From: an uncultured Thermoleophilia bacterium
GTDB lineage: Bacteria; Actinomycetota; Thermoleophilia; Solirubrobacterales; 70-9
NCBI GenBank assembly: GCA_963795195.1
Contig: CAWCGU010000003.1
Location: forward strand, 83,354-147,353
DNA length: 64,000 nucleotides
Reading direction: 5' to 3'
A model generated the notes under the pieces. The model saw only the letters and a list, made by a program, of their open reading frames with translations. It was not told the DNA's origin and made no database searches. Below, one piece after another: positions 47,060 through 57,613 of the stretch; position 1 is the first letter of the stretch, and every line of letters starts with the position of its first letter. The translations under genes and the position numbers were made by a program.

Positions 47060-47373
47060 CCCTGCGCCCCCAGACAGAAGCGGTATCGCTCAGTCCTCCT
47101 CCGGGACTGCAGACGATTCCCCCGTCCGCGGGCTGCGAGAAAGCTACTTGGTAGTTGGGAGCTTTGCAACGTTGAACCTTCAGGCCTGAACGGTCTGTGG
47201 CATCGAAACATACCCGGGGCGGGCGGACCGATGCGGTCAGTGCCCGTTCATTGCACGACAGATGTGACTTTCTATCGGCATCGGCGCGGTCCCTTTGAAG
47301 CCCGTCATTCAGAAACTGGACGGCCGCCTGCGCCGGGCTCGGCCATGGATCGGTCCCGGCTAAGCTCAGCGCG

Positions 47374-47700
47374 ATGGACGGCGAGCAAGACGACGGACTG
47401 CGCGAGCGACTCGGCAAGGTCGGGGAGGGCGCGATCGGTGACGTTGCCCAGGCGATCCTGGACAACCCGATCCTCAGCCAGGCACTCTCGACGGCACTCG
47501 GTGCCGGCGAGCGCGCGATGCAGGCGCAGCGGTCGGCGATGAACGCACTCAATGTGCCCCAGGCCACGGACCTCGAGCGGCTCGAGCGGCGTCTGAGGTC
47601 GATCTCAGAGCGTGTCGAGGGCATTGAGGACCGCATCGACGACCTCGGCGACGAGATCGCCTCGGTGCGGCGAAGCACCGCCGGCTCGAAGACCGACTAG
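47374..47700 (+). CDS. phasin-like coiled-coil protein (hypothetical)
   Basis: 108 aa. The C-terminal DLERLERRLRSISERVEGIEDRIDDL heptads resemble actinobacterial phasin-like (PHA-granule-type) proteins as I recall them. Confidence 0.55.
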   Translation: MDGEQDDGLRERLGKVGEGAIGDVAQAILDNPILSQALSTALGAGERAMQAQRSAMNALNVPQATDLERLERRLRSISERVEGIEDRIDDLGDEIASVRRSTAGSKTD

Positions 47701-48386
47701 CCCTCCCGCGACGGCGCGTCGAGATTGCCCATGGCTGCGAGTGCCGCTCGGGCGGCGCTGAGCGAGGAGCTTTCGAGGACGTCGTCGCGGATCTGACTGC
47801 CGTCGGCTGCCGCGGCGACGACCAGGATCGCCGCGGCTGCGATGCCGATATCCGGGGCGAGCGCGAGCAGGGGCGCCGTGGTGAGGTCGACGGCGATCGC
47901 ACCCTCCGTGAGCGTTTTATCGGCCTCCGGCAGCAGGTCCATTGTCGCCACAATGCCCTCCCGCGCGTCATCCAGTCCGGCGAGAGCACCCTCCGTAAGT
48001 GCGCCGTTGCCTTCGAGCACTCCTGAGCGCCCCAGGGCAGCGGAGGTTCCGTCCAGCGCCATCGCGCCCCGGATCACGACCAGGTCCCCAGGTGCCAGCC
48101 CCGGCTGGATCGCCACGCAGGTCCCGATTCGCACCGCCCGCTTGACTCCGAGTGCCGCGAGCTCACGAAGCACCACGGCTGTGCTGGGGCCGCCGATCCC
48201 GGTCGACTGCACGGTCAGGGGCGCCCCGGCGTGCGCCTCCCCGTAGTACCCCCAGAGCCCGCGATGGTGGTTGCTCATCAGGGGGCCCTCGATCAACGCC
48301 ACGGCGAGCGCCATCGCGCGGGCCGGATCACCCGGGAGCAGGGCGTCCTTCGCAATTGGGGCGGTGGGTCGCAGATAAGCTGTCAC
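47697..48386 (-). CDS. nucleoside phosphorylase (PNP_UDP_1 family, uridine phosphorylase-like)
   Basis: LLPGDPARA near the N-terminus, STGIGGPS and RIGTC motifs. GTG start at 48386. Confidence 0.75.
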   Translation of the reverse strand: MTAYLRPTAPIAKDALLPGDPARAMALAVALIEGPLMSNHHRGLWGYYGEAHAGAPLTVQSTGIGGPSTAVVLRELAALGVKRAVRIGTCVAIQPGLAPGDLVVIRGAMALDGTSAALGRSGVLEGNGALTEGALAGLDDAREGIVATMDLLPEADKTLTEGAIAVDLTTAPLLALAPDIGIAAAAILVVAAAADGSQIRDDVLESSSLSAARAALAAMGNLDAPSREG

Positions 48387-48391
48387 TTGCA

Positions 48392-48778
48392 GTGAGCGAG
48401 CAGCCTACGGGTGAAAAGGGCGGCCTCTCCGAGAGTCTTCGGGCCGCGATAGAGCGCACTCTCGAGGCGACCGGGCGATCGGCCTCGGATGCTCGCGAGC
48501 GCGCGGAGGCCCTCGTTGGCGAGGTCAACACGCCGGCGCCGGCCGATCTGCGCCAGCGGGCCGAGGAATTGCTCGACGAGGTTGCCCGTCTGGGACAGGA
48601 GACCGGAGAGCGGTTCGCGCAGCGAGGGCGCGATGCGCGCGAGGCCGTCGCTCGCAGGGTTGACGAGATCAGGCCGGCAAGCGAACCCGAACTGCAGCGT
48701 GTCGCCGAGCAGCTGGCTGAGCTCGAGCGGCGCGTCGAGGTTCTCGAGGGCGAACCTAAACCTGACGCAGAGGGTTAG
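48392..48778 (+). CDS. hypothetical coiled-coil protein, distant paralogue of 47374..47700
   Basis: The in-frame GTG at 48392 gives 128 aa. The C-terminal LQRVAEQLAELERRVEVLE echoes the other coiled-coil protein. The stop abuts the next ATG. The upstream part of the track ORF is antisense to the phosphorylase gene. Confidence 0.45.
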   Translation: MSEQPTGEKGGLSESLRAAIERTLEATGRSASDARERAEALVGEVNTPAPADLRQRAEELLDEVARLGQETGERFAQRGRDAREAVARRVDEIRPASEPELQRVAEQLAELERRVEVLEGEPKPDAEG

Positions 48779-49822
48779 ATGAGCAGCGCCCGCTCGCCAA
48801 TGCCGCCCCGCCGGGTGGTGATCACTGGGATCTCCGACCACTGGGGGACCGAACTTGCCCGCAGGCTCGAGCGCGATCCCACCATCGAGTCGATCGTCGG
48901 CATCGACACGCAACCGCCCGCCGCCCAGCTCGAGCGCACCGAGTTCATCGAGGCTGACCTGCGCAGCCCGGTGCTTGCCCGACTACTGCCGAGCACCGAG
49001 GCGGACACCATCGTTCACTGCGGCATCCTCTGGTACCCGGCGCCGGGCAAGCCCGCGCGTGCGCTTCACGACATCAACGTGATCGGTTCGCTGCAGCTGC
49101 TGGCGGCCTGCGAGCGCACCGAGTCGCTCGAGCGCCTGGTCGTGCGCGGCTCGGCCGCGATCTACGGCTGCGAGGGAGCGTCCCCGCTTCTCTTCAGTGA
49201 GGAGATGGCCCGCAAGCTGCCGCTGCGGACGCGCTTTCAGCGCGATATCGGTGAGCTCGAGAATTACTTCGACAACTTTGCGCGCCGGCGCCCGCAGGTG
49301 ACCTGCTGCATCCTGCGCTACCAGCCGGAGCTCGGCGCGGAGCTGAGCACCCCGCTTGCGCGCTACCTCTCCCTGCCGGCGGTGCCGGTCCAGCTCGGGT
49401 TCGACCCCCGCATCCAGCTGATCCACTCCGAGGATGCCACCGGCGCCCTGCTTGCCGCGATCGCAAAGCCGGTCTCCGGTGCCGTCAACGTGGCTCCGAG
49501 TGGGGCGATCTCGCTGAGCCGTCTGTTGCGCCTCTGCGGCCGTCCGATCGTGCCGATCCCGCCGCCGCTGGCCGGGACGGTTTTCCCCCGGCTGGGCCGT
49601 CGCTTCGGGGCCGGCGAGACTTACAACGACGGCATGCGGCTGCTGCGGTTCGGACGGGGACTGGACAACCGGCGCTTGCGCGAGGAGATCGGTTTCACGC
49701 CGGTGTACGACGCGGTCGAGGTGGTCCGCGACTTCGCCTCCAAGACGCGGGGTCGAAGCATCGCGCCTCTGCCGACACCCGCGTCGGTGCTGCGCCGGCT
49801 CGACAGGAGCGCCACGCCTTGA
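48779..49822 (+). CDS. NAD-dependent epimerase/dehydratase-family protein
   Basis: N-terminal VVITGISDHWG Rossmann-like motif in a 347-aa extended-SDR-like protein. Confidence 0.8.
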   Translation: MSSARSPMPPRRVVITGISDHWGTELARRLERDPTIESIVGIDTQPPAAQLERTEFIEADLRSPVLARLLPSTEADTIVHCGILWYPAPGKPARALHDINVIGSLQLLAACERTESLERLVVRGSAAIYGCEGASPLLFSEEMARKLPLRTRFQRDIGELENYFDNFARRRPQVTCCILRYQPELGAELSTPLARYLSLPAVPVQLGFDPRIQLIHSEDATGALLAAIAKPVSGAVNVAPSGAISLSRLLRLCGRPIVPIPPPLAGTVFPRLGRRFGAGETYNDGMRLLRFGRGLDNRRLREEIGFTPVYDAVEVVRDFASKTRGRSIAPLPTPASVLRRLDRSATP

Positions 49823-50802
49823 GCGAGGCCGGCACCGAGACCCGGGACCGCAACGGTGCCTCCACCGGGGTCACCGCGAGCGCGTTCGCCGACTTTCTGC
49901 GCGGCGTTCGGTCCGGCGTCGAGTCGGGGCTTGACCCCGCTGCGGCCGCCGGGCGTGCCGCGGGCGGGCTGCCGCAGGGGCTGCAGCGCGCCGTGCGGCT
50001 CGCCGCCGAGCGGATGTCCGGCGAATACCACGAGGACGAGTGGGGATTCGATGAGCAGTTCGCTGAGGCCGTCTATCCGCTGTTCGAGTTCCTCTATGAC
50101 GTCTGGTGGAGGGTGGAGGCGACGGGGGCGATCAACGTCCCCTCGCACGGCCGCGCGATGCTGGTCGCCAACCACGCGGGTTCGCTGTTTCCGTTCGACG
50201 CGTCGATGATGGCCGCCGCGCTGATGAGGGAGCACCCGCTGCCGCGCTGGCCGCGCTTCATGGTGCTCGATTGGGCGTTTGTGCTGCCGTTCATCTCCTC
50301 CTTCATGCGCCGCGTCGGGGGAGTGCCGGCAAGCCCCTACAACGCCACCGGGCTGCTCGAGGCGGATGAGTTGGTGATGGTCTTCCCCGAGGGTGTCAAG
50401 GGAACCGGCAAGCCCTTCTCGGAGCGCTACCGGCTCCAGCGCTTCGGCCGGGGCGGATTCGTCGAAGTCGCGCTGCGCACGCGTTCACCGATCGTCCCGG
50501 TCGCGGTCGTCGGCTCCGAGGAGATCTACCCGAAGGTGGCCGACAGCCGCACCATCGCCAGACTGACCGGGGCGCCCTTCGTGCCGATCACGCCGACCTT
50601 CCCGTTGCTCGGTCCGCTCGGCCTGGTGCCGCTGCCCTCGAAATGGCGGATCGAGTTCTGTGAGCCGATCGACGTCAGGGACTATCCGCCGGAAGCCGCA
50701 GAGGATCGTCGCGTCGTCTTCGACCTCTCCGAGCGGGTTCGCGAGACGATCCAGGCCGCGATCTACGAGAACCTGGTCACCCGCGGATCCGCCTTCTTGT
50801 AG
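49819..50802 (+). CDS. lysophospholipid/glycerolipid acyltransferase (PlsC-like)
   Basis: NHAGSLFPFD (HX4D-like block) and FPEGVKGTGK block. TTGA overlap with the epimerase stop. Confidence 0.8.
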   Translation: MSEAGTETRDRNGASTGVTASAFADFLRGVRSGVESGLDPAAAAGRAAGGLPQGLQRAVRLAAERMSGEYHEDEWGFDEQFAEAVYPLFEFLYDVWWRVEATGAINVPSHGRAMLVANHAGSLFPFDASMMAAALMREHPLPRWPRFMVLDWAFVLPFISSFMRRVGGVPASPYNATGLLEADELVMVFPEGVKGTGKPFSERYRLQRFGRGGFVEVALRTRSPIVPVAVVGSEEIYPKVADSRTIARLTGAPFVPITPTFPLLGPLGLVPLPSKWRIEFCEPIDVRDYPPEAAEDRRVVFDLSERVRETIQAAIYENLVTRGSAFL

Positions 50803-50821
50803 CTCCGGCTACATTTCCCGT

Positions 50822-51280
50822 ATGGGTGCTGCGACCGCGATTCGAGCGGTCGAGGAGAGTTCGTTTCGTTCCCCCGATGAGTTGCGGGAGGTCTTCGACC
50901 GCCTGCTCTCGATAGTCGACGCCGACGATCAGCTTGGGTCACTGTTTCGGGCGAGCCAAGCCCGGGTTCGCTTCGACTTCACGGATTTCGACCTCGACCT
51001 GCATGTCGCCGCGGTCGTCGACGACGCGGAGCACTGTCTGCGCTGGAGCTTCGCGCGCAGGGCCCCGTGGCCGCCCAAGTTGAGCTTCGAGATGTCGTCC
51101 GGCACCGCCAACGCCTACATGCAGGGGCACGACAGCCTGCCGATCCTGATCGCCCGCGGCAAGGTCCGCGCCCACACCGACTCACGTGCCGCATTGCTGT
51201 TCCTGCCGGCCGCGCGGCTGCTGGCGAAGCCGTACCGCGACCTGATCGCGGCGGAGTACCCGCACCTGTTGATGGTCTAG
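50822..51280 (+). CDS. SCP2 sterol-binding-domain-like protein
   Basis: 152 aa from the ATG at 50822. The pattern VRFDFTDFDLDLHV ... GTANAYMQG ... ARGKVR is typical of SCP2-like domains. Confidence 0.65.
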   Translation: MGAATAIRAVEESSFRSPDELREVFDRLLSIVDADDQLGSLFRASQARVRFDFTDFDLDLHVAAVVDDAEHCLRWSFARRAPWPPKLSFEMSSGTANAYMQGHDSLPILIARGKVRAHTDSRAALLFLPAARLLAKPYRDLIAAEYPHLLMV

Positions 51281-51327
51281 GGACTGCGCCGGAGACAGCT
51301 CAATCCGGGGCCGGGTCGAATTCACCA

Positions 51328-51356
51328 TTGACCCGGGACGTCTGGAGGCGTACATT
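51328..51356 (+). promoter_or_regulatory. candidate sigma70-type promoter TTGACC-N17-TACATT
   Basis: Near-consensus hexamers with 17-nt spacing, read directly. An unusually A-rich stretch follows. Confidence 0.5.
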
Positions 51357-51361
51357 GGCTG

Positions 51362-51531
51362 ACAACGAAAAAAACTCTCAGGCCGTGAGCGGGCCTTGCC
51401 AGGCCGCACGCCGCAGCCCCCGGCGACTCGGGCTCGGCAAGTGGACCGTCAGGGAATAACCCGCCGGGCCGACGAAGCGGGCCGCTAGCCCGCAAGGCGA
51501 CGGGGCCGTTCGACCCCGTCGCCGTCTTTTT
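51362..51531 (+). ncRNA. candidate about 170-nt structured RNA (sRNA or cis-regulatory leader), unclassified
   Basis: Bounded by the promoter at 51328 and the terminator at 51497. Internal helices: CTTGCC/GGCAAG enclosing CGCCG-cagcccc-CGGCG, and mutually exclusive CCCGC/GCGGG versus GCGGGC/GCCCGC pairings. Confidence 0.4.
51497..51531 (+). terminator. intrinsic terminator (GCGACGGGG-ccgttcga-CCCCGTCGC + CGTCTTTTT)
   Basis: 9-bp perfect GC-rich stem with a T5 tail on the plus strand. It ends 10 nt before ATG 51541 and 49 nt before ATG 51580. Confidence 0.65.
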
Positions 51532-51579
51532 AGCTCCGGGATGGGCCCGATCGCGCCGCTCGTGAGAACCTGTCTGCCG

Positions 51580-52773
51580 ATGACGGCGGACGAACGCATC
51601 TCCCTGAGCGAAGCGGCGCGCCGCGCGGGTGTGCCCGCGTCTACGCTGAAGCGCTGGGCCCGCGGCAAGGTGATCCCGGTCAAGGGAGACAACTGGACGG
51701 CGGCGGCGGCGGCTCAGGCCAAGGTCGTCGCCAGGATGCGGGAACGCGGTTACTCCCTCGACGAGCTCGGCTCCGCGGTCCGCGAGGGCCGGCTGGCCTT
51801 CGGCTATGTCGAAGAACTGCTGCCGCAGGCGGAACGCACGTTCACGCGCATGGAGGTGGCGGAGGCGACCGGCCTCGAGGACGAGTTGATCGAGCGGATC
51901 ATGGCGCTGCTGGGGACGCCGACCGCGCTCGAGGGAACCCTCACCGACCGCGATGCCGAGGCCGTTGAGCTGATGGCGCGGGTGCTCGGCGCCGGCTTCC
52001 CTCTGGTCGCCCTGCTCCAGCTGGTTCGGGTCTACGCCCGCTCGCTTCGCAACATCGCGGAGGCCGAGGTGCGGCTCTTTCACCTGTTCGTGCACGAACC
52101 GCTGATCCGCCAGGGCGTGCCCGCCCTCGAGATCGCCGAGGAGATGCGCGAACTGGTCGCCGAGGTGCTGCCGGTGACGACGCCGCTGATGGAGTACGTG
52201 CACCAGCGCTATATGCGCTTCTACATCGAGCAGGACGTCGTCGGCCACATGGAGGAGGAGCTCGGCTCGGTCGCATTCCGCAAGGGCGGCAAGGTGTCGA
52301 TGACGTTCTGCTTCGTCGATCTCACGGGCTACACGCGCTTCACCGAGGAGGAGGGCGACCAGGAAGCGCTGGACCTGGTTGAACGCTTCGTCGAAACCGT
52401 CGAGGCGACGCTTCCGGCTGAGGCAATCGTGGTCAAGACCATCGGCGATGAGGTGATGATCGTTTCGCCCGACCCCGCGACCCTGACCGAGTGGGCCGTC
52501 GGCTATCTGGGGCTCTTCAACGAGCGGCCACAGCCGCGCGGCGGGCTCCACTACGGCGAAGCCGTCTACCGAGATGGCGACTATTTCGGCGGTGACGTGA
52601 ACCTCGCTCACCGCGTCGTCGACCGCGCTCTAGGGGGCGAGGTGATCGTCACCCGCAGCGTCGTCGATCGCATCGGCGAATCCGACTACCTGCACTTCGA
52701 GCCGATCGGCGAGGTCAAGCTGTCCGGGTTTCCCGAACCGCAGGAGCTCTTCGTCATCAGCTCCAAGGGCTAG
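51580..52773 (+). CDS. MerR/excisionase-type HTH fused to a class III adenylate/guanylate cyclase
   Basis: HTH ISLSEAARRAGVPASTLKRWARGKVIP at the N-terminus. Cyclase motifs FCFVDLTGYT, KTIGDEVMIV and GGDVNLAHRV. An alternative upstream ATG lies at 51541. Confidence 0.8.
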   Translation: MTADERISLSEAARRAGVPASTLKRWARGKVIPVKGDNWTAAAAAQAKVVARMRERGYSLDELGSAVREGRLAFGYVEELLPQAERTFTRMEVAEATGLEDELIERIMALLGTPTALEGTLTDRDAEAVELMARVLGAGFPLVALLQLVRVYARSLRNIAEAEVRLFHLFVHEPLIRQGVPALEIAEEMRELVAEVLPVTTPLMEYVHQRYMRFYIEQDVVGHMEEELGSVAFRKGGKVSMTFCFVDLTGYTRFTEEEGDQEALDLVERFVETVEATLPAEAIVVKTIGDEVMIVSPDPATLTEWAVGYLGLFNERPQPRGGLHYGEAVYRDGDYFGGDVNLAHRVVDRALGGEVIVTRSVVDRIGESDYLHFEPIGEVKLSGFPEPQELFVISSKG

Positions 52774-54150
52774 ATGACTGATCCCATCTCGATGAGCGCC
52801 GGTCGGCCGGGCTCGGCCAGAGCGGAGCTGGAGCGGGTCGTCCGCGCCAGCGGCCTGATCGAAGCGGGCTCGCACGGCGTGGCGCTGATCTCCGGCGGCG
52901 CCGACTCCGCCTGCGCAGCCGCGGGCCTCGCCGCGCTGGTGGGGCCTGCGAACCTGACGGCGCTGACCCTCAACTACGGCCTGCGGGAGGGTGCCGACGG
53001 CGACGAAGCCGTCTGCCGGGAGCTCTGCGACCTGCTCGGCATCGAACTGATCGTCGAGCGACCAACCCTCGAGGCGGGAAACCTGCAGGAGGCGGCGCGT
53101 GATGCGCGCTACGGCGCGGCCGAGTCCCTGCGTCGGCGCCGCGGGGCGGACTGGATCGCCACCGGGCACACGGCGACCGATGTCGCCGAGACGCTCATCT
53201 ACAGGCTCGCCGTCTCTCCCGGGAGCCGCGCCCTACTCGGATTGCCGGAGCGGCGCGGCGCGCTCGTGCGTCCTCTGTTGCGGCTCGAGCGCGAGCGCAC
53301 CCGCGAGCTTGCCCAGGAAGCCGAACTGCCGGTCGCCGACGATCCGTCCAACGACGACCCGGCATTCGCGCGTAACCGCATCCGCGCCGGCGTGCTGCCG
53401 CTGCTGCGCGATCTGAATCCGGCAGCGGTCCGCAACATCGCCGAGACGCGACGCCAGCTCGGCGAGGAGGCGCGGCTGCTCGCCGGGCTGACCGCCGACG
53501 CAATCGGCGAGCTCGGAGCCGGCCCGCTGGGCGCAGTCGCCGCCCAGACCCTGACGGCTCTCGACCCCGGGCTTCAGCGTCTGGTCCTGCGCACGCTCGC
53601 CGAGCGCGTCGTTTCCGTGCAGGTGCCGCTTTCAGTCGAGCGCGCACAGCAGATCGCGCGTCTCTCCCTTTCGCCTGAAGGCGGCGTCGTAGAGCTCGGC
53701 GGTGGTCTGCGCGCCCTCTGCGAGGGCGGTTTCGTCAGCTTCGTCGCCACGCCGACCGCTGCGCCGGCGAGCGAGGCCAGCCTGCCGCTGCCGGGCAGCT
53801 GCCGCTTTGGCGGCTGGGAGCTGAATGCGCGCCTGGAGCCGAGCGCCGAGCCGTCGGCAGATCCGGCAACGGCGACCCTCGACGCGACGCGGCTGCGGGC
53901 GCCGCTCACAGTTCGGGCGTGGCGCGACGGCGATCGCATGCGCCCGCTGGGAATGGAGGGCACCAAGTCGCTTCAGGACCTGTTCACTGACCGCCGCGTG
54001 CCGCGCTCGCTGCGCCGGAGGTTGCCGGTGGTCGTGGCCGGCGAGCGGATCGCCTGGGTTGCCGGCGTCGCTGTCTCGGACGAGTTCAAACTGACTCGCG
54101 AGAGCGCCGAGGTCGCGATCCTGAGCGCTACGCTGGCCCAGGATGGCTGA
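52774..54150 (+). CDS. tilS: tRNA(Ile)-lysidine synthetase
   Basis: PP-loop ISGGADSAC. Position immediately upstream of hpt and ftsH, as in many bacteria. Confidence 0.85.
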   Translation: MTDPISMSAGRPGSARAELERVVRASGLIEAGSHGVALISGGADSACAAAGLAALVGPANLTALTLNYGLREGADGDEAVCRELCDLLGIELIVERPTLEAGNLQEAARDARYGAAESLRRRRGADWIATGHTATDVAETLIYRLAVSPGSRALLGLPERRGALVRPLLRLERERTRELAQEAELPVADDPSNDDPAFARNRIRAGVLPLLRDLNPAAVRNIAETRRQLGEEARLLAGLTADAIGELGAGPLGAVAAQTLTALDPGLQRLVLRTLAERVVSVQVPLSVERAQQIARLSLSPEGGVVELGGGLRALCEGGFVSFVATPTAAPASEASLPLPGSCRFGGWELNARLEPSAEPSADPATATLDATRLRAPLTVRAWRDGDRMRPLGMEGTKSLQDLFTDRRVPRSLRRRLPVVVAGERIAWVAGVAVSDEFKLTRESAEVAILSATLAQDG

Positions 54151-54700
54151 GTTGAGTTCGGACGCGAACCAAAACGGCGGGGCGGGCGACGTCCTGGTCA
54201 GTGCTGAGGACCTGCAGCGCCGGGTTGCCGAGCTCGGCGCCGAGATCAGCGAGGATTACGCGGAGCGCGATCTCGTGATGATCTGCGTGCTCAAGGGGGC
54301 CGTCGTCTTTCTCGCCGACCTGATGCGGCACATCTCGGTTCCCTGCGAGCTCGACTTCATGGCCGTCTCCAGCTACGGCTCCGCGACGGACTCCTCGGGC
54401 GTTGTCCGCATCCTCAAGGATCTGGACTATCCGATCCAGGGGCGCCACGTGCTGATCGTCGAGGACATCATCGACTCCGGCCTCACGCTCCAGTACCTGC
54501 TGCGAAACCTGCAGGCGCGCGATCCCGCGTCACTCGAGGTCTGCGCGCTGCTGACCAAGCCCGAGCGGCGCAGGGTGGAGCTGCCGACTCGCTACGTGGG
54601 TTTTGAGATCCCCAATCGCTTCGTGATCGGCTACGGCCTCGATCACGCACAGAAACACCGCAACCTTCGCCACATTGCAGTGCTTGATGAGACAGGTTGA
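54143..54700 (+). CDS. hpt: hypoxanthine phosphoribosyltransferase
   Basis: PRPP-binding motif VLIVEDIIDSGLTL and GYGLD. Confidence 0.9.
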   Translation: MAELSSDANQNGGAGDVLVSAEDLQRRVAELGAEISEDYAERDLVMICVLKGAVVFLADLMRHISVPCELDFMAVSSYGSATDSSGVVRILKDLDYPIQGRHVLIVEDIIDSGLTLQYLLRNLQARDPASLEVCALLTKPERRRVELPTRYVGFEIPNRFVIGYGLDHAQKHRNLRHIAVLDETG

Positions 54701-54804
54701 GGCGTCTCGCGTGCACAGGCGCGCGGCTCGGTGCATTGAGCCGTGCCGGACGGCGACAGCCTCAGCCCCAGGCGGTGCCTGCCCTCTACACTCGTTTTCA
54801 CTAA

Positions 54805-56761
<1,957 letters not shown>

Positions 56762-56776
56762 GTCTGTACGAATCGC

Positions 56777-57613
56777 TTGGTGGCGCCCGTGAGCGTTCGG
56801 ATCATGGGGGTCGTCAATGTGACGCCGAACTCGTTCTCGGACGGCGGTTTGTTCCTTGACGCCGGCGCCGCGATCGCGCACGGAAGCGAATTGGCGGCTG
56901 ACGGCGCGGACGTGCTGGACATCGGGGGCGAATCGACCCGTCCCGGCGCTCCTGCCGTCGGCGCGGATGAAGAACGCGAGCGCATCGAGCCGGTCGTGCG
57001 GGGCCTTGCCGCCGAGGGCTACAAGGTCTCGATCGACACGTCGAAGCTGGCCGTGGCCGAAGCGGCCCTGGACGCCGGCGCGTTCATGGTCAACGACGTC
57101 ACCGCGTTGCGCGCTGATCCCGGCCTGGCCGACCTCTGCGCCGAGCGCGGCAGCGAGTTGGTGCTGATGCACATGCTCGGCGACCCGCGGACGATGCAGG
57201 ACGATCCGCGCTATGACGACGTGGTCGACGACATCAAGGCGTTTCTCGCACAGCGGATCGAGTTCGCGATCTCGCACGGCGTCAGAGAAGCGTGCATCTG
57301 GGTCGATCCGGGGATCGGCTTCGGCAAGACCCTCGAGCACAACCTCGAGATCCTGCGGCGTCTCGGTGAGTTCCGTTCGCTCGGCCGCCCGATCGTGATC
57401 GGCACCTCCCGCAAGAACTTCATCGGAAAGATCAGCGGACGCGAGGCCGGTGATCGGATGGGGGGGACGATCGCGTCGAACGTCCTCGCGCTTGCGCAGG
57501 GGGCGGACATGTTCAGGGTGCACGACGTGGCCGAACTGGGCGATGCGCTGGCGGTCTCCCAGGCGATCCTCGAACCAGCGGCCGGCGAGCGGCAACCAGG
57601 GTCTAGACGCTGA
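56777..57613 (+). CDS. folP: dihydropteroate synthase
   Basis: VNVTPNSFSDGG and GADVLDIGGESTRPG motifs. The start is uncertain (TTG 56777, GTG 56780/56789 or ATG 56804). Confidence 0.9.
   Translation: MVAPVSVRIMGVVNVTPNSFSDGGLFLDAGAAIAHGSELAADGADVLDIGGESTRPGAPAVGADEERERIEPVVRGLAAEGYKVSIDTSKLAVAEAALDAGAFMVNDVTALRADPGLADLCAERGSELVLMHMLGDPRTMQDDPRYDDVVDDIKAFLAQRIEFAISHGVREACIWVDPGIGFGKTLEHNLEILRRLGEFRSLGRPIVIGTSRKNFIGKISGREAGDRMGGTIASNVLALAQGADMFRVHDVAELGDALAVSQAILEPAAGERQPGSRR

Noticed and set aside
47060-47373. Possible second ydaO-type riboswitch upstream of the 820-aa cell-wall hydrolase.
   Set aside because: It contains GGGGGAAUC, but it lacks the CCCGUCAGCUAACC block and the paired pseudo-symmetric architecture.
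51362-51531. Candidate RNA tested by eye against SRP (4.5S) RNA, 6S RNA and the actinobacterial 6C motif.
   Set aside because: It lacks the SRP domain IV signature (GGAA tetraloop with flanking AGG/AGCA). It has no long closing helix with a central bubble as in 6S RNA. It has only one C-rich loop, not the two of 6C. It is kept as unclassified.
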